The translations under genes and the position numbers were made by a program. Under the pieces are notes generated by a model, which searched no databases, was not told the origin of the DNA, and saw only the letters and a list, made by a program, of their open reading frames with translations. From Antedon mediterranea (Eukaryota > Animalia > Echinodermata), in assembly GCF_964355755.1 (NCBI RefSeq), contig NC_092680.1, positions 13,711,045 through 13,775,044 of the forward strand: 64,000 nt of DNA. The letters are read 5' to 3'. The first letter of the stretch is position 1. Each line of letters begins with the position of its first letter. Below, one piece after another: positions 15,501-27,275 of the stretch.

Positions 15501-18500
15501 ATCGTAATCTTCTAGAAAAAGACTCTATATCCAAAGATAGTTGTTGTGCGCCGACCTGCCTTGGTTTTGGGCAGAATTTAAGTCCTCGGGAAGGAAGTTT
15601 TTTCTCTCCTTCGGAAAGTCGACAATTAATTTCAACAACTGAATCAGAGGTGTGGCTCTGATTCTTGTTATATGTCCCAACGAACCTTCTGCAGGGTTTC
15701 CTAAAAGCCCTGAAGTCATCCGAAGGTAGAGTCATTTGTGTTGAAATGACCAAGTCTGCATGGTAGGCCAAATTTGTGATGTTCCCTTCGGGCCATTACC
15801 GTTGATTGTTTACGGCAGTCATTGGCGATAATCCTGAGTTTGTTTTGAAACTAGGATGCAGGAAGTTCTCTTTTCAACTTCTTAGTTCTAGGGTGAATTT
15901 CAACGTCAAACTCAGTGAGGATTTTGCGGCAATTGTCAATTTGGATCTCATTGAGATCTCTAATTTTGTTTAAATACCTTTTTTAATAGATACAGTACTA
16001 CATATCTACATAAATAAAGTACATAAAAAAAAATTATATATATTTATAATTTTTTTTTTTTTTTTTTTTTCGATCGAGATACGGTATTGTTCAGTCTATC
16101 TGAAGATCGTTTAACGTGAAACACCGTGTAATAGACGTCCGTGTTCCATCTACTTTATAAAAATATATATTCGCTCTTGATTCCAATTGAGCACGTTTTC
16201 AGCCTCAACGCATCTATATAAGACTTGCACTGATGAAGGGCTAGTGTTGCGCGAAAGCTCTGCTAACTTTTCTGGCTGTTTACTTTATCGTTTTGATTTA
16301 GCTTTTCGCTTTTTTTTTGTATCTCCATTGAGATCCAGCCACTGATACCCACAGCATTGTCATTTTTCAGTAATTTGCCTTTGGATTTATAAATTTATAT
16401 ATATACATATGAATACAGGATTAAGATTATAATATACAGCATTTAAAATTACCCACTATTAATTAATCAAATCACTTTAGATTAAGTTACTACAATCCTG
16501 AATTTGATTAGGGTGATTACTAAGCTTTCTCTCAAAATATGTCCAAGAGTTACAGACGGATGTATCTTTGACATCCAAAGGCAAGGAATGCTAAATTTAC
16601 CCGAATCCATACTTGTTATATATATTTGGCTATAAGTTTTAATTGAAACTCATAAACTATTTTCCCCTTTAGAATGGTAATGGTCATTTTATCGTCATTG
16701 ATGTGATATATTTTCAATTGTTTTGTGTTAGTTCGATTAAAGTTAAACTTTATTCAATTAAACATGTTGTTTTGGGTGGTTATTTTTTTGCTGCTGGTGG
16801 TATCTACAATATCTAAGGTAGGCTATATACTTGGGGTAAATGGGGGAACTTTAGAGGGGTCTGCCAGTGCCAAGGCAGTGTACAGATAGTCTGTTATAGG
16901 TCATTTTGTATTGCTTACAATGTGCTAAATCATAATTATAACATTGGTTGCTGGTGGTATCAACAATATCTAAGCTAGGCCAGTTGGGGGAATGGAGTCT
17001 CTAGTCGAACTTTAGAGGGGTCTGCCAGGGTCAAGGCAGTGTACAGATAGTTTGTAATAGGTCATTTTGGTGATTGCTTACAATGTGTTAAATCATATAA
17101 CATTGGTTGCTGGTGGTATCTACAATATCTAAGCTGGGCTAGTTGGGGAAAGAGGGTCTCTAGTCTAACTTTAGAGGGGTCTGCCAGGGCCAGGGCAGTG
17201 TTCAGATAGTCTGTAATTATAGGTCATTTGGTATTGCTTACAATGTGCTAAATCATATAACATTGGTTGCTGGTGGTATCTACAATATCTAAGCTGGGCT
17301 AGTTGGGGAAAGAGGGGTCTCTAGTCTAACTTTAGAGGGGTCTGCCAGGGCCAGGGCAGTGTTCAGATAGTCTGTAATAGGTCATTTGGTATTGCCTACA
17401 TGTGCTAAATCATATAACATTGGTTGCTGGTGGTATCTACAATATCTAAGCTGGGTTAGTTGGGGGAAGGGGGGCCTCTAGTCTAACTTTAGGGTGTCTG
17501 GCACTTGCGGTGCAGCAGACAATTAGTTTGTTGTTATCCATTTAGTATTGTATGAACACAACTTGTTCGTTTGGAATTGATTTTGAGTGGTACCTCACTC
17601 ATCTATGCTAACCCCATTTTAGGCCCTCCCTCTGGGGGTCTGGCGGGCCTTTTGCAGCAGAGAAAAAGTCTGTCGTTTGTGATACTGTTATAAGGATGCC
17701 AATGGGCATCCCATGGTGGTAAAATTAGGTGGTATCTCTCTCATCTAACCTGTGCCGATTTTTTAGCACGTTTCGGGGTTCCCCCGGTCTAGACGCAGCA
17801 GGGGGTACCCGGCAGACTCCCATTTTCATTCACTTCAAGTGACCCCCAACACACTCAAATAGTCAGATATTGGTACCTAGCTCATCTAACCAAATGTCTC
17901 TGGGCTGCCGGTCTAATACTTTGAGATCGTTGCCACATTTTATGCTTGTTGTATCATCTGCAAAGCAAATGACATTGAGCTCAGTACTTGCATTATATAT
18001 GTCATTAACGTATAAAAGGAACAGTAATGGCCCTAATACCGAGCCTTGTGGGACTCCAATACCATTTTCCTGTATAATAGATGCTGTACCATTAATATAA
18101 ACATATTGTTTGCGAGATTTCAGATAATTCTTAAACAGAGTCAACGCAATTACTCTAGTAGCTAGATCAACTTTCGTATGCACTTTGAGGTCCAGAGAAT
18201 TTGACTTCAGAAATTGGTTTAGGGTGGTCAAACAATCATTTTTGGCTTGGTTACACATTTTGAAAATGTGGCGAAAGGTCAAAAGGTCAGGGTGAAAGGT
18301 CATAAGACCAAACGCCAATATGTCCTTAAATCTCAACAACCACTGGTCACAGCTTAGTAATTTTGGTCTCAAATTGATCAGAAGGTATACATTTATATTC
18401 AGTCTAATGGGACATTTTCGTTAAAAATGACCGGAAATGCCATTTCTGACCTTTGACCCACAACACAGGGCATGTATTTATCTCCGTAACTACTGGTCGT

Positions 18501-21500
18501 AGACACTTGAATTTGGTTTTAAATTGTTTGAAATATATATTTTGTTATTTGTTACACATTTGAAAAATGTTACAAAAGGTCAAAGAGTCAGGGTCAAGGG
18601 TTATATGAACAAATAAATAAAGGTACTTGTATCTCGGCAACCACTGGTCGCAGCAAGTCAATTTTGATCTCAAAATGTTCAGAAGGCATGCTTTCATATT
18701 CAATCTAATGGGACATTTTAGTCCAAAATTATCAGAAATGCCATTTCTGACCTTTGACCCACATATCATGGCATCTTCATATCTCTGTAAGTACTGGTCG
18801 TAGAAACTTAAATTTGGTATCAAATTGTTTGAAATATACATATTTACATTCATTGTAATAGAAAATGTGGTTAAAAGATGAACAGAAATACTATTACTAA
18901 TGTTTCAAATAAAAAACATATTTATTATACCCCAAATAAAGATGCCTCCCCTCCCCCTAAAAACCCTTTTGAACAATAAATGCCCGGGGCGTTTAATCGG
19001 ATACACATGGCAAGTTACTTCTAGCATTCTGAAAAGAACTGTTGAGCTTGACGTTTCTATCAAAATGTTCTCTACATAACTTATCCTTAGACAGTAATGT
19101 TATGCAATAACTGATACTTTAAATTCTTTCAATTTCAAGTACTAGTTATTGCTGTCCACAAGAACATTTTGATATAAACGTCAAGCTCAACAGTTCTTTT
19201 CAGAATGCTAGAAGTAACTTGCCATGTGTATCCGATTAAACGCCCTGGGCATTTATTGTTCAAAAGGGTTTTTAGGGGAGGGGAGGGGAGGCATCTTTAT
19301 TTGGGGTATAATATGGTAACATGTATAATCAAATAAATACCACCTAGATGTAAAAAAATACAGCACAATTAATATCAAAAGATGATAAAATTATGTCAAA
19401 ATGCTTGGCAAATTGTAGATTATGGTAGTTAAAATGTGTTGTGATACAATTATTTTGTAAATGCATGTGGCGGAGCTTTCATTCCACATGATGTTCTATT
19501 GGAGGGAATGGTGGCGTTTATTTGAGGGAGGCTTTTATTCAAAGAGGGTGTTAATTCGAATAAATACTCTAATTTTAATAATTATAATTCGCTTCTCAAC
19601 TGATAAAAGGTACTTTACATGATTCGTTTTCTTCTTTATGCTTTTTAACGAAATGTTTCTGTCTTTTAGAATAAAAGTGACACTGTCATAGATAACATTA
19701 AATGGATCTTCTCCTCCAGGTGCCAGTTAATGATATAAAACAATGACATACAGTATCATTATCCTGACACGATTGCACTCACAATGGATCTTCATTCTAT
19801 CATCTGTTTGTTTGTGACTACAAGTTGACAACAATCTTTTGCATATTTTTAAATGCCAATACATAGTTTCATTACTATTGTACAATATGTCCAGCTTTCC
19901 TGAAAACACACTTGTGTACTGTAGTACAGTGTTGTAGTATGATTTTATCATGATAACTTCTGATGCTTTTATTGTCAATGCATTCACTACCTAAAACATG
20001 TCAAAGTTTCTAGTCGTATTGATAATAAATCTCCAGAAACATATATTGTTTTATTATCTACACTGGGAGCAGACGTGTATAATATACACCGACAAAACTT
20101 ATACATATTATGTATAAGTTTTGTCGGTAACATTTAAAAATATTATGCAACAGTGTTACGGAATAATGACAATGAATTGGTCTATTATAGTTGTCTCTGA
20201 TACCTTTTAGTACATGATTGTACTTGCACCAGGATAGAATGAGGTTTAATCCAGTTATCATTCTTACGCCGGTATTCTTAAACCGGACTTTAGTCGTAGT
20301 TCGAAGTTCGACTTGGAAAAGTCGTAGTTCGAGCTATTACTTCAAATTCGATTCAAAAACGAAGTAGTCGAAGTTTGCAGTTCGACTTAATGAAGTCGAG
20401 CTTTTAGTCGAGTTGCACACGTCTGGGTAACAAAGGCTATACATTGGCCAATGACAAGAGAGTATTTGAGGAGCAGACGAAATTTTGCGCATTGATATCA
20501 CTTTCCATTTCTTACAACACTTTTTACGCATCAGGACTATATACATGAAAAATAATTTTAATCGTTAATTATTAGAACAATATCAGTAATAATTTAACAG
20601 TGAAGTATATTTGATTAACAACAAATAAAATCTTAAAAATATATTTAGGAACCATGGCGGTACGGTAACTTTTATATTTTCTAGGCCCCCAACAAAGTAT
20701 GATCGCCACGAACCATGCACTTCATAGCGTGACAAGAAAGCGCTAGGCCCCCTAAACATTCCATCGCGTGGTGAATTGCCGCATCTCCCATTGTCGCTAT
20801 GGCGTGACGTAGCTCAAGTCGGACTTGCGCGAAGAAAATAATGTAATTTGTATACAGTTGTAAATAAAGATGATTTTCATTATTATAATTTATACCAATG
20901 TATATTTAATTAAGCTAATATAAATATAGATATTTCATTCTTCAATATCTGGCCAATATAACAACTCAATGACTGTTACGTTTTTTATAAACATCGTTTA
21001 AAAACCATTTAGTCGACCATTTAGTCTGCCCTCTCCAGGACTAAAAAAATCGATCAAAATCCGTCTCGGTTTAGTCGAGGTTGGCCTGATTTAGTCGGTG
21101 ATTTAGTTGAAGTTCGGTTTATGAATTAAAATGACGTCATTTTTTTAGTTTTAGCTCGAACTACGACTAAAGTCCGGTTTAAGAATACGGGCGTTATTAT
21201 ATTAATTATTATTTTTTTTATCTGGGGTGTATTTATTTGATTATACATGTTACAATTATTACACCCAAACAAAATAAACGCCTTCCCTGAATAAATAAAT
21301 GCCCGGGCCTTTTATTCGGGTAACTATGGTAAGTTACTTCTAGCATTCTTAACTGTTGAGCCTTGCTGCGACAAGTGGTTGCCGAGATACAAGTATCTAT
21401 TTATATTTGTTCATATAACCCTTGACCCTGACCCTTTGACCTTTTGTAACATTTTTAAAAACGTGCAACAAATAAAATGTTTATTTCAAACAATTTAAGA

Positions 21501-23881
21501 CCAAATTCAAGTGTCTACGATCAGTAGTTACGGAGATACATACATGCCCTGGGGTGTGGGTCAAAGGTCAGAAATGGCATTTCCGGTAATTTTTGACTAA
21601 AATGTCCCATTAGACTGAATATAAATGTATACCTTCTGATCAATTTGAGACCAAAATTACCTCTCTGTGACCAGTGGTTGTCGAGATTTAAGGACCTATT
21701 GGTGTTTAGTTTGATAACCTTTCACCCTGACCTTTTGACCTTTCGCCACATTTTCAAAATGTGTAACCAGGCCAATAATGATTGTTTGACCATCCTAAAC
21801 CAATTTCTGAAGTCAAATTCTCTGGACCTCAAAGTGCATACGAAAGTTGATCTAGCTACTAGAGTAAATACCTCTGATGCCATAATGCGACAGTTTACTT
21901 ATTAATATACTGTATTATGGTCGATAATATCGAACGCCTTTGATAGGTCCATAAATGTGGCGATTGCATATTGCTTCTTTTCGAAGGCGTCTAATAATGT
22001 ATAAACCATGTCAATTATGGCATGTGAGGTTGAATGCTTAGTTCTAAAGCCATATTGGCGGTTGTTTAATATATTGAATTTAGATAAGTAATTGTATAAT
22101 CGTTGGTATACTACTTTTTCAAATATTTTTGAAAAAATTGGTAATAAGGATATTGGACGATAATTAGAGGCTACATGGCGATGGAGACGACTTTCGCAAT
22201 TTTCATTTTTTTGGGAATTATTCCAGTTTGGAGGGATTGGTTAAAAATATGTGTTAGAGGTTTCACAATGGTATATCCAATTTCCTTGATAACCTTTGGC
22301 GAAATACTATCACATCCGGGTGCTTTGTTACTATCAAGAGATCGGATAATACTCATTATCTCTTCTTCGTTCACAGGAAAGAAAAACAGCGAGTTGCGTT
22401 GCTGATTGGAGAGGTAATCAGAATATTGAGTCGTCGTAGACTCAATACTGTCACGAACCTCTCGACCGACATTAATAAAGTAATCATTTAAATGATTTGC
22501 CACAGCATCGCAACCCTCAACAGTTTCGCTGTCGTGTGAAAAATAAGATGGAATATTATTTTTACCTTTCCCTGGATTTTTGACGTCATTTATAACGTTC
22601 CACGTTTTTTTCACATTTCCATTTGTGTGGATAAAAACACTTTCATAATATAATTGTTTTGCTTTTTTACAAGTACGAGTGAAGGTTTTTTTAAATTGTG
22701 CATATACGAGTTTGGTTTTGGGTGTGGGATGTTTTATATACCTTTTATATAAGACATGCTTTCTTTTGCTGGATTTTAATAACCCAGAACTCATCCAAGG
22801 TTGTTTAAACTTTTTATAATTTTTTGGTTGTTTTACATTTTTTTTCTTTAAATTTTTATTATATAATTTTATAAAATTATCAAGAAAAATATTGTAAGCG
22901 TCATCGGTGTTCCTTATTTCATAGATGTCACCCCATTCAGCAAGACGCAAATCATTGTTGAGTTGCATTATGTTCCTGTCATTAATTAGGTATTTGTTAT
23001 TTAAGAGAGTAATATTATTATTATTATTATTATTTTTGTCGTTATTTAACTGTTGTGTAGAATGAATGATCTGGTATATTGGTAAGTGGTCGGAGATGTC
23101 TGAAATAAGTATACCGGATGATATTTTTTCGGATAGAGTGTTAGAAAATATATTATCGATCAGCTTCAAACATCTTACTTTTAATTTTTGGAAAGAGTAT
23201 GAAATATAAGTAGAAAAAAACAATAAATATCATACCTTCCATGCATTATGAATTTGAGCGAGAATCTTGCCAACATCGTAGAAAAGATCAAGTGAAATGT
23301 TCTTAACTGTCACCAACCTCTCTCCTGGAATGTATGTAAGCAGACGTACCATGTAATTCCCTTCCATCACAACTACTACAAAATCAACCATTTGAAGAGA
23401 ACATACAGTATTATATATAGTTTTTGTATTTGTTACAAGAAAGCTCGTCTGAATAAATCACATTTTTTCCACTGTAAGTGCATTTATACTTACCATCATC
23501 ATTAATATTTTGTAAATGTTGTAAGCTAAAATGTTGTCCATTAACATCCCTAAAAGGTACTGGTGCGGAAATTCCAGCTTCTTTTAACCGAAATAACAAC
23601 TCAGATTGGGCATCGAATAATTTCTTATCTAATGATAACTGCGTATTTGAAATTTTAAACACAAATTCATTTCCATGTCTAGTAGAATTATTGTCAGTTT
23701 TTATGTAGAAGTTCAAATCTTCATAACTGTCAAATTTCTTTATGTCTATAACGTTCATGTTGTACAACCTCTTGATGATGTCTTTAGCATCATCTGCAGT
23801 TGTAAATGGAATGCTGTTAAGTCGTTCCTGCGAAGCATTTGCAAGAACATCATGTCCATTTGATATAGTAGTAGTTGTCAT
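547..23881 (-). CDS. HYKK: Hydroxylysine kinase-like protein (APH/choline-kinase fold); 4 coding exons
   Basis: Exons 23881-23494, 23375-23236, 1484-1310 and 983-547, all GT-AG and phase-compatible. Motifs: FDSYEDLNFYI, EFVFKISN, VRLLTYIPG, REDFEWHL, Brenner motif IIHGDLNELNIL, GVIDFGD. Order and content match animal HYKK/AGPHD1. Confidence 0.88.
1639..10906. repeat. 54-bp tandem array (~172 copies, 9.3 kb) inside the large HYKK intron
   Basis: Unit ATCTATCTCTAATGTACAATAA[C/T]CCATTTTATTATATAAG[C/T]ATCTATTTTTATA; period 54 (the line pattern recurs every 540 bp); only two recurrent variable sites. Confidence 0.98.
13732..13747. other. 16-bp perfect palindrome CATAGAGATCTCTATG with 7-bp TSD (probable P-like excision footprint)
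   Basis: GTATCAG on both sides; absent at the homologous position of the opposite arm (~16340-16352). Confidence 0.75.
13834..13870 (-). ncRNA. Minimal hammerhead ribozyme motif in Penelope pLTR (core-mutated copy)
   Basis: Minus strand reads GCA-ATGATGA-AGGGC TAGTGTT GCCC-GAAAGCTC-TGC; perfect stem II, but C3 of CUGANGA is A. Confidence 0.6.
14024..14137 (-). mobile_element. Short HINE/DINE-1-like (Helentron-associated) element
   Basis: TTTTTAGTCGCGT..ACGCGACT subterminal inverted repeat, (GTCG/GTCT)n microsatellite; related copies at 47184-47277 and 57908-58008. Confidence 0.65.
14172..15960 (-). mobile_element. Penelope-like retroelement, degenerate, RT core deleted, GIY-YIG endonuclease retained
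   Basis: SRGLKFCPKP, FSRRLRLREYF, IIIKPADKGSATVAMD, then a jump to TDLFRKPTDKNMYL..SCHP..NIP..RRICS, then NVIYLIYCNICGKQYVGETKNTLRMRMTQH. Several frameshifts. Confidence 0.92.
16094..16136 (+). ncRNA. Minimal type-I hammerhead ribozyme motif
   Basis: GTCTAT-CTGAAGA-TCGTTTAACGT-GAAA-CACCGTG-TA-ATAGAC: 6-bp stem I, intact core, GUA triplet; stem II closing pair is a T.T mismatch. Confidence 0.65.
16227..16263 (+). ncRNA. Minimal hammerhead ribozyme motif in the inverted Penelope pLTR
   Basis: GCA-CTGATGA-AGGGC TAGTGTT GCGC-GAAAGCTC-TGC: intact core, palindromic AGCT stem III (dimer type), CUC triplet, one stem II mismatch. Confidence 0.7.
18922..19312. repeat. Near-perfect hairpin (~150-bp arms, ~90-bp spacer) inside the 18151-21866 element
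   Basis: 18922-19071 is the reverse complement of 19161-19312. Confidence 0.85.
20267..21193. mobile_element. PIF/Harbinger-type MITE
   Basis: TIR CGCC[G/C]GTATTCTTAAACCGGACTTTAGTCGTAGTTCGA; TSD TTA on both sides. Confidence 0.8.
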
Positions 23882-24257
23882 CCTAAAAATCCTGAAACTA
23901 TAAATATATTTTTGACTTTAAAAATCACAATAATTTGAATGAAAAAAACCCTTTTTTTAATCCAACCCTATGACATTATAATATCTGTTGCAGCCTATAG
24001 GCCTACCTGTCTAGCATAGACTTGGCCTAGCTGTGGCTAATGTAATGTACCAGCATAAATGACATAGGTGACAAAAATGTGATTATGCAACTCATATTCC
24101 TAAAGAACTTCTGAATAAAGTACATAAATAACATTACATTTTAAAAAAAACAGAATTGACGATGACGTCACACACGTACCAGCACTCTATTTGCTGATTA
24201 TGACGTAATGCAATTTTACCGTACCTTTAGCAAACGGAAGTTAGGATACGGTACCCT

Positions 24258-24480
24258 ATCTTATTCTTCTTATTCTTATTCTTTTTATTGCCAAATATAA
24301 AATACATGAAAAACACGACATACAAAAAAAAAAACAATAGAACCAACTGAGTGAGCTGGCATGGTAATATATAATAATAACTATGACTTAAAGCCTGTGT
24401 TCCCCACTCACCCAGTTTCACAAGCAATGATTATACCATCTTAAAATATAATATATCAAAATTCTTTAGCCACGGCGTTT
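24258..24480 (-). mobile_element. LINE 3'-end fragment
   Basis: Minus-strand AATAAA followed by an (AAGAAT)n-type tail. Confidence 0.45.
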
Positions 24481-25189
24481 TTATAAACCTGAAATTAGAC
24501 ATTTAACTGAAAATGACCCAATAATGAATTCATGTAGTTATAGTGGATCACATCCGAAACGTCACCAGTCTGTTCTGGGTCAACTGTTGGCCAAATACAA
24601 TCCACAAATTAATACACAAATGCACCTCTAGTACAGGAAAGATATGCTCAGAATCAGTAAAAGGTTGAAAAAATTTTAAAAATTTAAAAAAATTCCATTC
24701 GAAAAAATAGAGTAGTAAAGGAAAACTATGAAATATGGTTGACAAAATTGCAACAGAATTTTTTTCACCACAATGCATTTCTATAAGGTCTCTATATGAA
24801 CATACTAAAAGTCTAGAAAAATCCAGGATGGGGAAATAGGTTTTTTTAAACAAAATGACCGCCAATGGCGAAAAATGTCTAAAAATCAACAAAAAACATA
24901 TATTGTATATCTAATTACCACTTGATAGCAGTTTTTATAATGCTTTTTATATTTCTTTAGTGTCAAACATTTAAACTGCAATATACATATTAAGTTAAGT
25001 GCTATTTAGCAGCAAAAACACACATTTAAGTATCAAGATATCACCACGGTTATAATAATAGACAACGTAGTCCTATGCATTATAATGCAGGACTACGGTG
25101 TCTAATAAAACAGTTCATTTACATTTGTACTGTCACAACAATAGAATTATACAATCTTACAATCTATTAATCCATTCATTTTCATTGTC

Positions 25190-25830
25190 CAGTTATCATC
25201 CTCTGTCTATAGGTAGGAATTAAGCATGTGCTGATGCCGTGGTATTCGTCACAAACAGTGGTACTGGTGGTAAATTTGTCATCAATGGACACGCCATTTG
25301 TAACTTTCCATCCCCCAGTCTGTGGGTTGAAGAGTATTTTCTATCCACTGCTGTACCATGGTTAATATACAGTACACGCAGGGAATGACATTTTGCAGCA
25401 TTTGTTGTTGGGGGGAATAGACTTTATTTCAAGTGCTGTTTTGCTTTTTGCTACTTCCTCCCAGAACGTATTCCTCCATACAGTATATAGCTACCAATGC
25501 CAATTCCTCTGATGCGATGGTTTCATTTTTTTGGAGATGTTTGGTTTTACAGAGTTTGTAATCATACTACTGCCCAAGTGTTATGACTTTTTCCTAAACC
25601 AAATTTACCTACGGCCCATAATTATAGCCATTAAACACAAGAGTTTACTTTGCCTTCACATATTACGTAACAAACATACATGGTACATAATAAATGTCTT
25701 GAAATGTTGCTGTTTCGGGCCAAGAGGTTTGATGTAGCAGTGCTCCCCCATTGATAACATACAGTGGGAAGTGAGATGAAGGTTTCTGAGTAGACTAGCA
25801 GTGTGTATGGAGTCAATGGAGTAAAAGAGG
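25190..25830 (-). pseudogene. Academ transposase remnant (copy 1)
   Basis: VINGGALLH, FVFNGY, VQQWIENTLQPTDWG, LMTNLPP; many indels. Confidence 0.75.
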
Positions 25831-26039
25831 GCTTCAGGAAAAGTACAAGGTTCTTTTTCAACAAATGATGCATTGTGTATGACTGTCTCACATAGCCATC
25901 AATGATGAAATAGTATATGTGAGGGAATGTGCACTGCTTTATTGATGAATATGGTTGATTTTGACCCATGTGTAATAATATGTTCTTTCCTCTTAAATTA
26001 ATATTCTGTCACGGTTGCTTCATTCATTGATTTATTACC

Positions 26040-26650
26040 GTATGTTCTCGATGGGGGAGCACTGTGAATGCATGTAAAGTCTTTCCTTGGTGTGAAGCTC
26101 TGTAAAAATTAATTTGCTTTTTATACATGGAATCCAGGGATGTGATACTACAACCCATCTATTTGGTATAGGAAAAGGTGTTGGTCTTAAAAATCATCAC
26201 ATCACAGTTGGAGTTGTATGTCAAATTCTGTAAACCAAACAGTTTCCAAAAAAAAAGAAAACATTGCATCAGGAATTTGGCATTGGTAGCTATATATGGA
26301 GGGAAGTCAATGGAGAATTTAGACAGCCTACTTTTCTTTGAGAAAGTTGCAAAAAGAAAATCTATTCCCTTGCTGCAAAATTTCATTTCGTGAGTCTTTA
26401 TTACCAGGTATAGCAGTGGATGGGAAATACTCTTCAATCCACAGACTAGGGATGGAAAGTATTGATGACAAATTTACTACCAGCACCAGAGAAACTATTA
26501 AAGTTGATTAGATGTAAATGTAAAGGTTGTAGTAAAATGAATTGCAGTTGCAGAAAATATGGTTTGGACTGCTGTTCCACTATTTTTTAAGAATGCCACG
26601 GCATCAGCACATCCTCAATTTCCCACCAATAGATGGAGGATGAGATACTG
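26040..26650 (+). pseudogene. Academ transposase remnant (copy 2): XPG-like H3TH and Cys-rich C-terminus
   Basis: YVLDGGAL, LLFIHGIQGCDTTTHLFGIGKG, QWMGNTLQSTD*GWK, PAPEKLLKLIRCKCKGCSK..CSCRKYGLDC..ECHG. Confidence 0.85.
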
Positions 26651-26670
26651 ACAAGATGAAAGTGAAATTA

Positions 26671-27075
26671 CCACATTTATTTGAATAAATGCCCTTGGTG
26701 GTTGATTTTTAAGGAGGGTAGTGGGGGCGTATAATCGTCGTGAGGAGTTTATTCGGAGAGGCGTTTATTTTTGTGGGTGTAATGTGGTAACATGATTGTA
26801 TAATCAAATAAATACACCCTTTAGATATGAACAAATACAACACCATCATGTCATTCAGTGAATTCTATTACAAATAGAAATGTGTTAAAATACAATATTG
26901 TGTATAATATGCATGTGGCGAGGCGTACATTCGAGGAAATAAATTCAAAATGATGTTCGATGGGGGCGGGGGAGGGGGAGGGGGTGCGGTGGTGTAGGTT
27001 ATTCAAAATGATGTCCTATTGGGGGGGGCGTTTATTCGATTTTTCTAAATGTAGCGTTTATCCGAATAAATACGG
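26671..27075. mobile_element. Tc1/mariner-pogo-type MITE
   Basis: TA-CC(A/G)..TTTATT.GAATAAA TIRs flanked by TA; related fragments at 19200-19570 and 21200-21330. Confidence 0.6.
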
Positions 27076-27275
27076 TAATAGATTGTAGTCCAGTGATGGC
27101 GGAAGGATTTTCCCGATGAGGTGGGGGGGGGGGGGGTACAGCTAGCATCAATTGGCTGGGCCATCAATGGGAGGGCAGCCAGAAGTTCCGACAATATTAT
27201 ACCGGTAAAGGGTAGTTTTAGTCACTTTTAAAAATGAAAATCCTTGAAACAGCACTCAATGGGGTATTGTTTTAT

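Larger units (their letters stand above)
12289..17915. mobile_element. Composite foldback element with ~1.6-kb inverted arms, TAG...CTA ends and 3-bp TSD (Academ-like non-autonomous)
   Basis: TAGACCGGCAGCCCAGAG... at 12289 with its exact reverse complement ending 17915; TSD ATA (12286-88, 17916-18). Arms ~12289-13875 and ~16222-17915 hold ~160-bp subrepeats (4 left, 5 right). Confidence 0.85.
18151..21866. mobile_element. Academ-derived long-TIR element with 3-bp TSD and transposase remnant
   Basis: TIR TACTCTAGTAGCTAGATCAAC... (~500 bp matched), TSD AAT (18148-50, 21867-69). Minus-strand remnant CSHKQTDDRMKIH...DT(fs)DVIVL near 19730-19830 resembles the XPG-like HEEADTRxxxH/DTDV motif. Confidence 0.8.
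11272..23165 (-). mobile_element. 5'-truncated LINE (CR1/L2-group ORF2 remnant, ~2.5 kb) split into three pieces: 21867-23165, 17916-18150, 11272-12288
   Basis: Endonuclease C-terminal SDHLPI; RT motifs KAPGCDSI, DLSKAFD, GVPQGSVLGPLLFLLYVND, FADDT, FLGVVINENLCWK. 3' AATAAA plus (TTGAA)n tail at 11272-11302. Removing the two insertions restores the frame (HYGIRG|IALTL; DLKV|LSSII). A deletion/frameshift lies near 22175. Confidence 0.9.

Noticed and set aside
22171-23235. HYKK-LINE read-through fusion ORF
   Set aside because: Read-through of the donor hits TGA after one codon.
24540-24566. Hammerhead-like GATCACATC-CGAAACGTC
   Set aside because: No CUGANGA core upstream; at best a decayed remnant.
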